Positions 29,950 to 40,718 of a DNA stretch of 64,000 nucleotides are shown piece by piece. A program made the translations under genes and the position numbers. This DNA comes from Obrimoposthia wandeli (taxonomy: Eukaryota), in assembly GCA_977020255.1 (NCBI GenBank), contig CDROCS010001295.1, positions 62,001 through 126,000 on the forward strand, given 5' to 3'. Below the pieces are notes generated by a model. The model was not told the origin of the DNA. It saw nothing but the letters and a program-made list of their open reading frames with translations, and did not search any database. The number at the start of each line of letters is the position of its first letter. The first letter of the stretch is position 1.

Positions 29950-32900
29950 TTTGACGCTCCCCTTTAGGGTCTAAAAATATTGGGCTGCAAATTTGTGCTT
30001 CTATATTAGTGCCATCCGCTTGCGGATAGTAAACCGTTTCACCCATGCGGTTATGACCATTGCGAATATAAGCCATCGCAATTGAGTGGCCTAAACAAGC
30101 ACTGTAATAGCTCGATGTTACATGACCAAGCATCGTCATCGGTATTGCTTCATTCGGATCGTTAACGGCTTGCGATCCTTCTGGAATAACCTTTTTCGGA
30201 TCTTTAGTGGTAATCCCTACAAGCTGCTTACGGTTGTCTTTCACACAATCTTCACGGCTCATGCCGCGCTTGCCAATAAAGCTAAATGGCTTCTTCGGCG
30301 ATACTGCCCAGCCCATACCTAAATCATAAGGATGAACAGATCCATCAGTATCTTGCCCTGCAATAATGAAACCTTTTTCTGCACGTAATATATGCATTGT
30401 TTCAGTACCGTAAGGTGTTAAGTTATACGCTGCACCTTTTTCCATTACCGCTTTCCAAATACGCATTCCGTAGTTGGCTTGTACGTTAATTTCAAAAGAT
30501 AGTTCACCTGTAAAGGAGATGCGGAAAATTCTAGCGGGTACCCCTTGTACCGTTGCTGCTTTCCAATCCATATACTTGAACGCTTCGTTGCTGATATCGA
30601 TATCATCAACCACTTCTTCAAGAATCTTACGTGCATTAGGACCTGTAACTGTCACTGTTGACCAGTGATCGGTAACCGTGTTGAAGTAAACGTCTAACTC
30701 TGGCCACTCTGTTTGCTGATAAATTTCTAGCCACTCTAATACTCTCGCAGCGCCACCTGTCGTGGTAGTCATCACAAAATGGTTTTGTGCCAGACAAGCG
30801 GTTACGCCATCATCGAATACCATGCCGTCTTCACCACACATAAGACCGTAACGACACTTTCCAATCGCTAATTTAGCCCAAGCATTGGTGTAAACACGTC
30901 CTAAGAATTCACGTGCATCTGGCCCTTGGATATCAATTTTACCTAAGGTAGAGGCATCAAGAACACCAGCACTATCACGTACCGCTAAACATTCGCGCTC
31001 AAGTGATTGCTGCATGCTTTCGCCTGCTTGCGGGAAGTACCAAGGGCGCTTCCAGTTACCAACGTCCTCAAATAACGCACCATTTTCTAAGTGCCATTGG
31101 TGCATCGCGCTGAAACGCTTTGGATCAAATAACTCTCCGCAGTTACGCCCTGCAATTGCACCAAAGGTAACTGGCGTATAGTTAGGGCGAAATATTGTTG
31201 TGCCTGTTTCAGGAATCGTCTTGTTCATTGATTTAGCGGCAATCGCCATACCATTGATGTTGCCAAGCTTACCTTGATCAGTACCAAAGCCCATCGCGGT
31301 ATAACGCTTAACGTGCTCTATTGATTCAAAACCTTCCAAGGTAGCCTGTTCAATACCTGCTGCGGTCACATCGTTTTGTAAATCAACAAACTGCTTGGGT
31401 GCACGACTTGTCGATTTAGGATGTGGAATATGAAACAGCGCCATCGGCGTATTTTCAACAATCGCTTGCGCTGTCGCAGGACTACTATTGCCAACCACTT
31501 CAAAACCTAAATTTTGTACTGCATTAATACCGGCTGTAGTACCTTGTGCTAAGCAAGTTGCTAAGTCGTAAGCGCCTTCAATTGCACCAGCTGTTAATTG
31601 CTTTTGTACAGTAGCGCCCGGTAAGAAACCAATCGCTTCATCACTCCATACTGGTCTGCTTCCCGTATGACATGATAAGTGAATCGCAGGGCTCCAGCCA
31701 CCAGAACTAGCAACAGTATCGCAACTTAGCTGGCTAACAGCGCCAGTCACTTTATCGCCTGCTTCATTAATAGGAGCAATGCTTACACCAGTTACACGCT
31801 TACTACCTTGCGCTTCAACTACGCCACTGCCATTAATGATTTTAATGCCCAGTGCTTTAGCTTGTTCTACAACAACAGAACCAGCGCCTTGCTTGCGCGT
31901 ATCAACAATAGCAACCACTTCACGCCCTGCCGCTTTCCAATCAAAAGCAGTGTTGTAAGCATTGTCATTAGTGGTCATTAACACTAACTGCTTACCTGGC
32001 ACTACCGCGTAGCGATTAATATAAGTAGAAACACCAGAGGCTTGCATGCAACCTGGAACGTCATTATTAGCAAATACTAAAGGACGCTCATGAGAGCCTG
32101 TTGCCAATACTACCCATTTTGTACGTACACGGTGCATACGCTGGCGTGATTGGTTTTTAGCCGCACGATCAGCAATGTGATCAGTACAACGTTCGTGAAT
32201 AGTCACGAAATTATGATCGTGATAACCATTCACGGTAGATTTTGCTAGCATCTGCACTTCTTTGTGCTCAGCAAGTTCTGCAACTACTTTAGCTACCCAC
32301 TGGTCAGCAGGTTCGCCGTCAATTAGTTCTTTAGAATGCAGTAAAGCTCCGCCAAATTCAGCTTGCTCATCGGCGATAATCACCCGTGCACCACTGCGCG
32401 CTGCAACCAAAGCAGCACTTAAACCTGCAGGGCCCGCACCCACAATCACGATATCTGCATGCTGATTGTAATGATCGTATCTGTCTGGGTCCGCCTCAAG
32501 TGGTGAGCGACCTAAACCGGCAGCTTTGCGAATATATTTCTCATAGGTATCCCACATAGATTGCGGATACATGAAGGTTTTATAATAAAAACCCGGTGGC
32601 ATTACTTTGCCGCCAACTTTACCGAGTGTGCCCATCATGTCGAATTCAACACTTGGCCAGCCATTGGTAGAAGCGACAACTAAGCCATTGAACAACTCTT
32701 GCTGCGTTGCACGTACGTTTGGTACTTGAGTCGCTTCTGTGGCGCCTAGCTGCATGATGGCATTAGGCTCTTCAGCACCTGCCGATACTATACCGCGTGG
32801 CCGGCTATACTTAAAACTACGACCCACGATATCAACACCGTTAGCTAATAATGCTGATGCTAGTGTATCACCAACAAAGCCTGGGTAACTTTTGCCGTTG

Positions 32901-32968
32901 TAGCTAAAATTTATTTTTGAGTCGCGGGTTATACGCCCACCACTGTTGAGGCGGTTTTGCTGTGTCAT
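29942..32968 (-). CDS. soxA: Sarcosine oxidase subunit alpha
   Basis: GDTLASALLANGV...SFKYSRPRG; GAGPAG; KRYTAMGFGTDQGK; C-terminal GcvT-like folate domain. Start set at ATG 32968. Confidence 0.96.
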   Translation of the reverse strand: MTQQNRLNSGGRITRDSKINFSYNGKSYPGFVGDTLASALLANGVDIVGRSFKYSRPRGIVSAGAEEPNAIMQLGATEATQVPNVRATQQELFNGLVVASTNGWPSVEFDMMGTLGKVGGKVMPPGFYYKTFMYPQSMWDTYEKYIRKAAGLGRSPLEADPDRYDHYNQHADIVIVGAGPAGLSAALVAARSGARVIIADEQAEFGGALLHSKELIDGEPADQWVAKVVAELAEHKEVQMLAKSTVNGYHDHNFVTIHERCTDHIADRAAKNQSRQRMHRVRTKWVVLATGSHERPLVFANNDVPGCMQASGVSTYINRYAVVPGKQLVLMTTNDNAYNTAFDWKAAGREVVAIVDTRKQGAGSVVVEQAKALGIKIINGSGVVEAQGSKRVTGVSIAPINEAGDKVTGAVSQLSCDTVASSGGWSPAIHLSCHTGSRPVWSDEAIGFLPGATVQKQLTAGAIEGAYDLATCLAQGTTAGINAVQNLGFEVVGNSSPATAQAIVENTPMALFHIPHPKSTSRAPKQFVDLQNDVTAAGIEQATLEGFESIEHVKRYTAMGFGTDQGKLGNINGMAIAAKSMNKTIPETGTTIFRPNYTPVTFGAIAGRNCGELFDPKRFSAMHQWHLENGALFEDVGNWKRPWYFPQAGESMQQSLERECLAVRDSAGVLDASTLGKIDIQGPDAREFLGRVYTNAWAKLAIGKCRYGLMCGEDGMVFDDGVTACLAQNHFVMTTTTGGAARVLEWLEIYQQTEWPELDVYFNTVTDHWSTVTVTGPNARKILEEVVDDIDISNEAFKYMDWKAATVQGVPARIFRISFTGELSFEINVQANYGMRIWKAVMEKGAAYNLTPYGTETMHILRAEKGFIIAGQDTDGSVHPYDLGMGWAVSPKKPFSFIGKRGMSREDCVKDNRKQLVGITTKDPKKVIPEGSQAVNDPNEAIPMTMLGHVTSSYYSACLGHSIAMAYIRNGHNRMGETVYYPQADGTNIEAQICSPIFLDPKGERQNV

Positions 32969-32969
32969 C

Positions 32970-33278
32970 TTAAGCCTCCTTTGCCGCAGCTTCACTGGCT
33001 GCAGTAATTGTTGGTTTTTCGCCGATTTTATACACTTCTTTTATCTCGTACGTTTGCGTATCACGGGTGATATTAAAAAATTTGCGACAGCCGACTGCAT
33101 GTACCCAAAGTTCATGATGGATACCACGTGGATTAGTGCGAAAAAACATATATTCGCCCCACTCTTTATCGCTACAGCTTTCAGGGTCTAGAGGGCGCGG
33201 AATATGCGCCTCGCCAGCTGCATGAAACTCTTCCTCTTCACGGTGTTCTTCACAGTGCGGGCAGTAAATATAAAACAT
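32970..33278 (-). CDS. soxD: Sarcosine oxidase subunit delta
   Basis: IYCPHC...EF...GEAHIPRP...WVHAVGCRKFFNITRDT (Zn site). Confidence 0.96.
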   Translation of the reverse strand: MFYIYCPHCEEHREEEEFHAAGEAHIPRPLDPESCSDKEWGEYMFFRTNPRGIHHELWVHAVGCRKFFNITRDTQTYEIKEVYKIGEKPTITAASEAAAKEA

Positions 33279-33300
33279 AGATAACTCCTATAGCAGTAGC

Positions 33301-34554
33301 TTAATGGGCAACGCCTGCTGCACCGTGTTCATCGATTAACGCACCGTCATGGAAACGGAACATTGAGAAAGGCTTCGCCATATCAGTCGCTTCACCTGCT
33401 GCTAAAGTGCCGGCAAATACATGCCCAGAACCAGGCGTTGCTTTAAAGCCGCCAGTACCCCAACCACAGTTGAAGAATAAGTTTTCAACCGGTGTTGCAG
33501 AGATAATCGGACAAGCATCGGGACAGGTATCAACAATACCACCCCACTGTCGGTTCATGCGTACACGACTGAATACCGGAAAGAGCTCAACTATCGCCTG
33601 CACGGTGTGCTCGATAGTATGATAACTGCCACGCTGACCATAACCATTGTAACCATCGATACCGGCACCGATCACTAAATCGCCTTTATCAGATTGTGAA
33701 ACATAACCATGTACATGATTAGACATCACAACCGTATCTAAAATAGGCTTAATCGGCTCAGAAACTAGCGCTTGTAGCGGGTGTGACTCAAGTGGCAATC
33801 TGAAACCTGCCATCGCCGCCATCACACTAGAGTTACCTGCCGTAACACAACCAATACGATTAGCATTGATAACACCGTGAGTTTTGGTCATCACACCCGT
33901 TGCTGCACCATCTTCTTGGATGATATCAACCACTTCACATTGCTGAATAAGATCAACGCCCAAGGCATCTGCTGCACGTGCATAACCCCAAGCTACCGCA
34001 TCGTGACGTGCAACGCCGCCTCTTGGCTGCCAAGAAGCACCCATAATTGGATAGCGTGGATTATCAGAGCAGTCCATCATCGGTACTATTTCTTTGATTG
34101 ATTGTGCATCTAAAACTTCACCGTCAACACCATTTAAACGATTGGCATTAACACGGCGCTGTATATCGCGCATATCTTGTAGCGTATGCCCTAGGTTTAG
34201 TACACCGCGTTGACTGAACATCACGTTGTAGTTAAGGTCTTGTGAAAGGCCTTCCCACAATTTCATGGCGTGTTCATATAACTTAGCTGATTCATCCCAT
34301 AAATAATTAGAGCGCACGATGGTAGTATTTCTTGCTGTGTTGCCACCGCCTAAATAGCCTTTCTCTAAAACGGCAACATTGGTAATACCGTGCACTTTAG
34401 CTAAATAGTAAGCCGTGGCGAGCCCGTGGCCACCGCCACCGACGATGATCACATCATATTTTTTCTTTGGTACTGGGTTACGCCATACACGCTGCCAGTT
34501 TTCATGATGACTCAAGGCGTGCTTTAACAGCCCGAAACCTGAATATTTTTGCAT
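33301..34554 (-). CDS. soxB: Sarcosine oxidase subunit beta
   Basis: [14 protein letters not shown]; [16 protein letters not shown]; [14 protein letters not shown]; [10 protein letters not shown]. Confidence 0.98.
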   Translation of the reverse strand: MQKYSGFGLLKHALSHHENWQRVWRNPVPKKKYDVIIVGGGGHGLATAYYLAKVHGITNVAVLEKGYLGGGNTARNTTIVRSNYLWDESAKLYEHAMKLWEGLSQDLNYNVMFSQRGVLNLGHTLQDMRDIQRRVNANRLNGVDGEVLDAQSIKEIVPMMDCSDNPRYPIMGASWQPRGGVARHDAVAWGYARAADALGVDLIQQCEVVDIIQEDGAATGVMTKTHGVINANRIGCVTAGNSSVMAAMAGFRLPLESHPLQALVSEPIKPILDTVVMSNHVHGYVSQSDKGDLVIGAGIDGYNGYGQRGSYHTIEHTVQAIVELFPVFSRVRMNRQWGGIVDTCPDACPIISATPVENLFFNCGWGTGGFKATPGSGHVFAGTLAAGEATDMAKPFSMFRFHDGALIDEHGAAGVAH

Positions 34555-34721
34555 GGATAAACCCCTGAATTAGCCTTGTTTATTTGTATAAAAAACAAGC
34601 TTTATATTACATAAAAAAACCCCTACAAGAAAGTTAGTCTTGCCGTGTATTACAGGTAGGGGCTGCAAAATTTTGATAGCGTCGATAGTAAATTTATTAC
34701 TTGCCAACTTTCTACTTACAT

Positions 34722-34748
34722 CCGACAAAAGACTATCTAGTTGCGACA
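34722..34748 (-). promoter_or_regulatory. Tandem TGTCG repeats (21-bp period) upstream of soxB; putative AraC/GbdR-type site
   Basis: Minus strand TGTCGC-N15-TGTCGG; the same architecture recurs upstream of gbcB and gbcA. Confidence 0.5.
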
Positions 34749-34840
34749 GCTATGATTAAGGCGTTCTTTTATAACGCACAATTAACTCATCCATTTAGCA
34801 AGCTTGCTGCAGCAGTATCTTTAAATAGTCGAACTGTCAC

Positions 34841-35965
34841 TTAAAAATCTATTTGTAAATCTGTTTTAGGTACACTACAACATGAGAGAATATAACCGGC
34901 AGCGATATCTTCATCTGTGATTCCACCATTGTGATTCATCTCAGCCTCACCCTCAACTTTCAGCACTTTGCAAGTGCCACATATTCCCATGCCGCAAGCC
35001 TTTGGTATCATTAAACCCAGTTTGGATGCCGCAGAGTGTATTGTTTCACCAGGGTGAATTTGAATACTTTTTCCTTTACTGATAAAGCCAATATTGAGCA
35101 TATCAGCACTATCTAACGCATCAGCTTCATCAACGGCTATTTCCGCTTGATCTAGTGCGGTTTGTTCGACTTCAACCGGAGTCGCACCAAAAGATTCTTC
35201 ATGGTAGTGCGCCATGTCAAAGCCGTTATTTTCTAATAAGTTTCTGACCGCTTTCATATACACTTCGGGGCCACAGCAATAAATTTCACGCTGCATAAAG
35301 TCGCTACAAATCATCGCTAACTTATTACTATCTAAATAACCCCGATAACCATGCCAAGCTTGGCCAGTTTCTTGACGTTCGCAAATCAAACTTAACGAGA
35401 AATTGCTAATGCGTGAACACATATGCTCAAGCTCACGATGATAAATAATATCCGCAGGCGTTCGTGCACTATGTACAAAGTGCATATCTACTTCGGCATT
35501 GGTATCAAAAAACCAACGCGCCATCGACATAACCGGCGTAATACCCACACCACCTGACAGGAGCAGCACTTTTGTTGAAGGGTGATCGATACAATTAAAT
35601 AAACCAACAGGTCCGTGTACCGCAAGCTCAATACCTTCTTGTAAGTTATCGTGCAACCAATTTGAAACTAAGCCACCCGGCACTCGCTTGATAGTAATCG
35701 AAAAACTATAAGGCACCGAAGGTGAGCTAGAGATAGTATAAGAGCGCATAATTTGCTCTCCCTCTATTTCCAATTCCAAAGTAACAAACTGCCCAGGTTT
35801 AAAGAAGAACATTACTGGCTGTTCAGCCATGAAACAGAAAGTTTTAACATCTGCTGTTTCCTCTATTACTTTTACACAACGTACTGAGTGTCTACCGTTA
35901 CTCCATACTTTGGTATTTATTTCATGGAAGTAATCATCGCTCTGGGAAACTACTGCTGTATTCAT
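34841..35965 (-). CDS. gbcB: Glycine betaine demethylase reductase subunit (FAD/NAD + C-terminal 2Fe-2S)
   Basis: FKPGQF; RSYTISS; SGGVGITP; YCCGP; ACGMGICGTC...LSCC; divergent from gbcA. Confidence 0.88.
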   Translation of the reverse strand: MNTAVVSQSDDYFHEINTKVWSNGRHSVRCVKVIEETADVKTFCFMAEQPVMFFFKPGQFVTLELEIEGEQIMRSYTISSSPSVPYSFSITIKRVPGGLVSNWLHDNLQEGIELAVHGPVGLFNCIDHPSTKVLLLSGGVGITPVMSMARWFFDTNAEVDMHFVHSARTPADIIYHRELEHMCSRISNFSLSLICERQETGQAWHGYRGYLDSNKLAMICSDFMQREIYCCGPEVYMKAVRNLLENNGFDMAHYHEESFGATPVEVEQTALDQAEIAVDEADALDSADMLNIGFISKGKSIQIHPGETIHSAASKLGLMIPKACGMGICGTCKVLKVEGEAEMNHNGGITDEDIAAGYILSCCSVPKTDLQIDF

Positions 35966-36085
35966 GAGGTGCACACTCTTGGTCTATTTTATATTGAATT
36001 GTCTGGTTCGCTTGTTAACAAATAACTAACGCATAATAATTTCGCACATCATCTGCTGTGTCACACTTTTGATATTACCCAATTA

Positions 36086-36195
36086 CGACACGCATGTGCT
36101 TGCGTGTGACACTGAGCCTAGAGTAGTTATCTTTTGTCGTCCTAAGCGATTTTTCACTCTTTTAAAACGTCGCATCAAGCATCTGTTTAGGTCGC
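36086..36195. promoter_or_regulatory. GTCG direct-repeat sites in the gbcB/gbcA divergent promoter region
   Basis: Minus strand TGTCA-N16-TGTCG (36111-36086, 21-bp period); plus strand GTCGC at 36169 and 36191 (22-bp period) and TGTCGT at 36135. Confidence 0.45.
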
Positions 36196-36277
36196 TATCA
36201 GGCCGTTTTAAAAGAGGTTTTTAAGCGAATATCAGCGACCTCAAAAGCGCACAAAAATTTAGATTTAGGATACCAAT

Positions 36278-37558
36278 GTGAACTCACACGATTTAATTAA
36301 CATTAAGCATGTAGATTTTCCTCAAGCACGTAGCGAAATGTATCGCCTGCTCGCCGCTCGAAAAGGAAATTTGTCTTTGCCACAGCCTCTGTATAATGAT
36401 CCTCATATGTTTAAAGTTGATATGCAGGAAATATTTCAAAAAGAGTGGATATTTGTGGGTATGAGCTGTGAGCTACCTGATAAAGGTGACTACATCACTG
36501 TCGACATTGGCCAAAACTCGATCTTAATTGTGCGCGATGCTGATGCTAACGTCAGTGCTTTTCACAACGTATGCCGCCATCGCGGCTCTAAAATTTGCGA
36601 CCAACAAAAAGGCAAGGTCGCTAACTTAGTTTGTCCTTACCATCAATGGACCTATGACTTAAAAGGCAATCTATTATTTGCTGGTACTGAAATGGGTAGC
36701 GCGTTCGATCTCAAACAGCACGGTTTAAAGCCTACTCATTGCCAAGTCGCGGGGGGCTTTATCTTTGTCTGTTTAGCACTGGGTAATGCACCAGATATTG
36801 CACCACTAGCCGCCACCTTAGATGAATATATGGCGCCTTATGATATTGAAAACACTAAGGTTGCCGCACAAACAACCATTGAAGAAAGCGCTAACTGGAA
36901 ACTGGTGTTAGAAAACAATCGCGAGTGTTATCACTGTAACGCTTCTCACCCAGAGTTATTAGATAGCTTATTAGAATGGGATGATACGAGTGATCCTAGG
37001 GCTTCTGCTGAGTTTATTGCGCATTGCGAGCAATCAGCCAAGGCATGGGATGCTGAGGATATACCTCACCAGCATGTATCTTACGGTTTAAAAAATCGTA
37101 TCGTGCGCATGCCACTTAAAGAAGGCACCAGCACTATGACTATAGATGGGGGCAGAGCTTGCGATAAACTGATGGGGCGCATTAAAAACCCACAATTAGG
37201 TTCCATGAGAATCTTACATCTACCCAATTCATGGAACCACATGCAATCTGATCACTGCGTGGTTTTTCAAGTCATTCCCATAAGCGCTCAAAAAACCTTA
37301 GTGACCACTAAATGGCTAGTACACAAGGATGCACAAGAAGGTGTTGATTATAATATCGAGCGCCTAACACAAGTATGGAACGCCACTAATGAGCAAGATA
37401 AAATACTAGCCGAGCGCAATCAGCAAGGAATTAATTCCATTGGCTACCAACCTGGGCCCTACTCTGAAACATTTGAGTTTGGTGTAATTAACTTTATTGA
37501 TTGGTACAGTGAAACCATCCGCAATAATATTGATATAGCGAGTGCGACCCACCAATAA
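36278..37558 (+). CDS. gbcA: Glycine betaine demethylase oxygenase subunit (Rieske)
   Basis: NVCRHRGS...CPYHQW Rieske ligands; ENNRECYHC..SHPEL mononuclear Fe site; betaine/sarcosine gene context. Confidence 0.9.
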   Translation: MNSHDLINIKHVDFPQARSEMYRLLAARKGNLSLPQPLYNDPHMFKVDMQEIFQKEWIFVGMSCELPDKGDYITVDIGQNSILIVRDADANVSAFHNVCRHRGSKICDQQKGKVANLVCPYHQWTYDLKGNLLFAGTEMGSAFDLKQHGLKPTHCQVAGGFIFVCLALGNAPDIAPLAATLDEYMAPYDIENTKVAAQTTIEESANWKLVLENNRECYHCNASHPELLDSLLEWDDTSDPRASAEFIAHCEQSAKAWDAEDIPHQHVSYGLKNRIVRMPLKEGTSTMTIDGGRACDKLMGRIKNPQLGSMRILHLPNSWNHMQSDHCVVFQVIPISAQKTLVTTKWLVHKDAQEGVDYNIERLTQVWNATNEQDKILAERNQQGINSIGYQPGPYSETFEFGVINFIDWYSETIRNNIDIASATHQ

Positions 37559-37615
37559 AAACCACCCGGTTGTAGCTGGTATTATCAGCAACGCATTTGC
37601 TTCAAAAATTTCAGT

Positions 37616-37648
37616 AACCAATCACAGCTCATTTATGTGATTGGTTTT
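37616..37648 (+). terminator. Terminator after gbcA
   Basis: AACCAATCACA-N9-TGTGATTGGTT followed by TT. Confidence 0.65.
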
Positions 37649-37832
37649 ATCCTACTTTACCTATGAACACGCTGAATATATATTATTCAGCTATTGAGAG
37701 ATCATTCAACAGCGGTCTTTAATTCATCTAACATTAAGTGTCATTTACATTGAATTCAGCTATCTAATTAATTTCATACAATTGTTTAAGCTTGCTTTAC
37801 CCTCTATGAATTATCTGTTATAAAATTTCACT

Positions 37833-40718
37833 TTGATCTTTTTGGCAATCCTTGTTGGGCCGTTAATGACTTTACAAACGCAAGCTAAATCCTTACTAAA
37901 ATACCAATCGCTGGGCATTATAGGGATTGTACTATTTATTATTGTAGGAGTTTTTAGTTACTTTTTATTTAAAGATTCTGCTAGTAATAAAGATCGTTTG
38001 GAAACTTTAAACAAAGAGGTACTTATCGAGCAGAAACAGCGAATTCGTGCTGAACTAAAAAATGCTCGCGATTACATATTTTATAAAAACTCTCAAGCTG
38101 AAGTACTCTTAAAACAACAAACCAAGCTTGCTGTTGAGCGTGCTATTAGCGTTGCGGATGGTATCTATCAACAGCAAAAATCAATTGCCAGCGATGCCCA
38201 AATAGAGCTGTTGATTGTTGCTGCTCTGCGCAATTTGCGGTTTTTTAACGGCCGCGGCTATTTTTTCATTGACCAACTCGATTCAAAAGTAGTTTTGCAA
38301 CCTCCTTCCCCCCATTTGGAAGGCACATACTGGTTTAGCCACCCTGCCACAGTGCAAGCGATGAACTTAATTCTTAATTCAATAAATAATCCGCAAAGGG
38401 CCGGCTATTCAAGTTATTTATGGCATTCGCCTTCAGATACAAATAAAAATAACATGATTAAGAAAATAACTTATTCTAAAGTTTTTGAACCTTTAGATTG
38501 GGTGATAGGTACCGGTGATTACCTCGCTAGCTTCGAAGAAGATTTGCGTAGCGCTGCACTTGATCGACTGTCTTCGATAAACTCCAAAGGCCAAGTAAAA
38601 ATCACTATTTTAGACAACAAAGGCAATATACTAAGCCAGTCACAAACTGATTCAACTACTAATGAATCTACTACCCTTGAGCTAAACCAAACGTTGCGAG
38701 AAAGTATTGTAGCGTTCGCCCACAGCAGTGATGCCGGCTTTGTTAATTTTTCACAACTTAATCAATCAGAGCAAAATATTAGTAACCATTTTTCCTATAT
38801 TGAAACGATTACACCTTTCTCATGGGTGTTGGTAGCTGACATAGCCCCCAGTAAAATAAATGGCATAATAAACGAGCATAAAAAGCAAATGTCAGCGCAG
38901 TTTAGCAAAGATATAACGATGCTAATTATTGTATTGGTCATCACCTCTTTACTAACGCTGGTTATCATCTATATTTACAATTTTTGGTTTAAACGCCTCT
39001 TTAAACACTACCAAATCAATTTAGATTTACAGCAGCAAGAGATCAACGCCAGTGCCAAAGCGCTAAAACTTGCTTCAAGAGTCTTTGAATCCTCAAATGA
39101 CGCAATTATCGTATCGGACGCACAAAATAATATAGTTGCCGCCAACCCGGCCAGTGTCAGACTTACGGGCTACAACACCACAGAGATATTCGGTAAATGC
39201 ACCACTATTTTTGGCTCTGATCATCAAGATGAAAGATTTTATCAACAAGCACTACACAAGCTTGAAAAGGTCGGTTACTGGCAAGGTGAAATTTGGCATA
39301 AACACAAGAATGGTAAACTATATCCAGTGTGGCTTACCATTTCCACCAGCCTTGACACCCAGCACAATATACTCAATTATATTTCTATCTTTTCAGATAT
39401 TTCTGAACGGAAAAAAACCGAAAAGCGCTTATCATACTTAGCTGATTTCGACCCTTTAACAAAACTGTCTAAACGTCACATCCTTGCAAAGCGCACCGAA
39501 GAGTTAATAAAAGCCCACCAGCCTGCCAATCCGCAAAAATTTGCTTTAATGCTTATCGATTTAGATCGTTTCAAAAACATTAATGATTCCCTAGGGCATA
39601 ACATAGGTGATCAAGTGTTACAAAAAATAGCTGAACGCTTATCAGCAAATATCCGAGCGTCGGATACCATCAGCAGACTCAATGGTGATGAATTTATTAT
39701 TTTAGTCAATCATAGTAAAGCCGAATCGGCTGCCGCTAGGCTTGCCTATAGAGTGCTAAGAGACTTAGTTGTGCCCCTAGAGATAGAAACACATAGCTTA
39801 GTAGTAACTCCCAGCATTGGTATTGCCACCTTTCCAGAGAATGGAGATAGTTTTGATATTTTGCTTAAAAACTCTGACGCAGCGCTTAACCACGTTAAAA
39901 ACCAAGGGCGCAACCATTTCCAATTTTTTACCCATGACATGCACCAACGCGCCTCAGAAATGCTCACCATCGAACAGGGTTTACGACTCGCTATAGATAA
40001 AAACCAATTTGAACTTCATTACCAAGCACAGTTTGATTTAATCAGCGGTGATATTATTGGTTGTGAAGCGTTATTGCGTTGGAACTGCCCTGAACTAGGC
40101 TCGCCTGGACCTGATACATTCATTCCAGTGGCTGAAGAAACTGGGCTAATACTACCTATAGGACAATGGGTATTAGATCAGGCTTGTGCCCAAGCAGCTA
40201 TCTGGCAAGACTTAGGCTTACAATTAGTGCCTATAGCCGTAAACGTCTCTAGCTTTCAATTTAATAAAAACATTGTTAAATCCATACAACATAGCTTGAA
40301 TAAAGCGAATCTTGATCCTCAATGGTTAGTCGTTGAAATTACCGAAAGCGCTTTAATGCAAGACCCAGAATTCACTAAAGATGCAATACTTGAATTACGC
40401 ACATTTGGCGTAAAAATCGCACTGGATGATTTCGGAACAGGATACTCTTCACTAGCCTATTTAAAGCGCTTCCCTATCGACAAGCTTAAAATCGATCGCG
40501 CCTTTATTACCGGCCTACCCCAAGATCAAGATGACTTAGTGATCACCCGATCTATCATCGATGTAGCCCGAAACCTAAACATGACCACAATCGCAGAAGG
40601 TGTTGAAACGTTAGATCAGCAACTACTTTTAAGAAGTTTAGGCTGTGATCAAATGCAAGGTTTTTATAAAGCCAAGCCTGTCGATGCCGAGCAATTCGCA
40701 ATATCGCACTTAAGTTAG
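37833..40718 (+). CDS. Membrane c-di-GMP phosphodiesterase: TM-Cache-TM-PAS-GGDEF(NGDEF)-EAL
   Basis: Cache motifs RFFNGRGYFFI and VFEPLDWVIGTGDY; PAS domain; SRLNGDEF; EALLRW; DDFGTGYSSL; LKIDRAFI. Start may be ATG 37866. Confidence 0.93.
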   Translation: MIFLAILVGPLMTLQTQAKSLLKYQSLGIIGIVLFIIVGVFSYFLFKDSASNKDRLETLNKEVLIEQKQRIRAELKNARDYIFYKNSQAEVLLKQQTKLAVERAISVADGIYQQQKSIASDAQIELLIVAALRNLRFFNGRGYFFIDQLDSKVVLQPPSPHLEGTYWFSHPATVQAMNLILNSINNPQRAGYSSYLWHSPSDTNKNNMIKKITYSKVFEPLDWVIGTGDYLASFEEDLRSAALDRLSSINSKGQVKITILDNKGNILSQSQTDSTTNESTTLELNQTLRESIVAFAHSSDAGFVNFSQLNQSEQNISNHFSYIETITPFSWVLVADIAPSKINGIINEHKKQMSAQFSKDITMLIIVLVITSLLTLVIIYIYNFWFKRLFKHYQINLDLQQQEINASAKALKLASRVFESSNDAIIVSDAQNNIVAANPASVRLTGYNTTEIFGKCTTIFGSDHQDERFYQQALHKLEKVGYWQGEIWHKHKNGKLYPVWLTISTSLDTQHNILNYISIFSDISERKKTEKRLSYLADFDPLTKLSKRHILAKRTEELIKAHQPANPQKFALMLIDLDRFKNINDSLGHNIGDQVLQKIAERLSANIRASDTISRLNGDEFIILVNHSKAESAAARLAYRVLRDLVVPLEIETHSLVVTPSIGIATFPENGDSFDILLKNSDAALNHVKNQGRNHFQFFTHDMHQRASEMLTIEQGLRLAIDKNQFELHYQAQFDLISGDIIGCEALLRWNCPELGSPGPDTFIPVAEETGLILPIGQWVLDQACAQAAIWQDLGLQLVPIAVNVSSFQFNKNIVKSIQHSLNKANLDPQWLVVEITESALMQDPEFTKDAILELRTFGVKIALDDFGTGYSSLAYLKRFPIDKLKIDRAFITGLPQDQDDLVITRSIIDVARNLNMTTIAEGVETLDQQLLLRSLGCDQMQGFYKAKPVDAEQFAISHLS

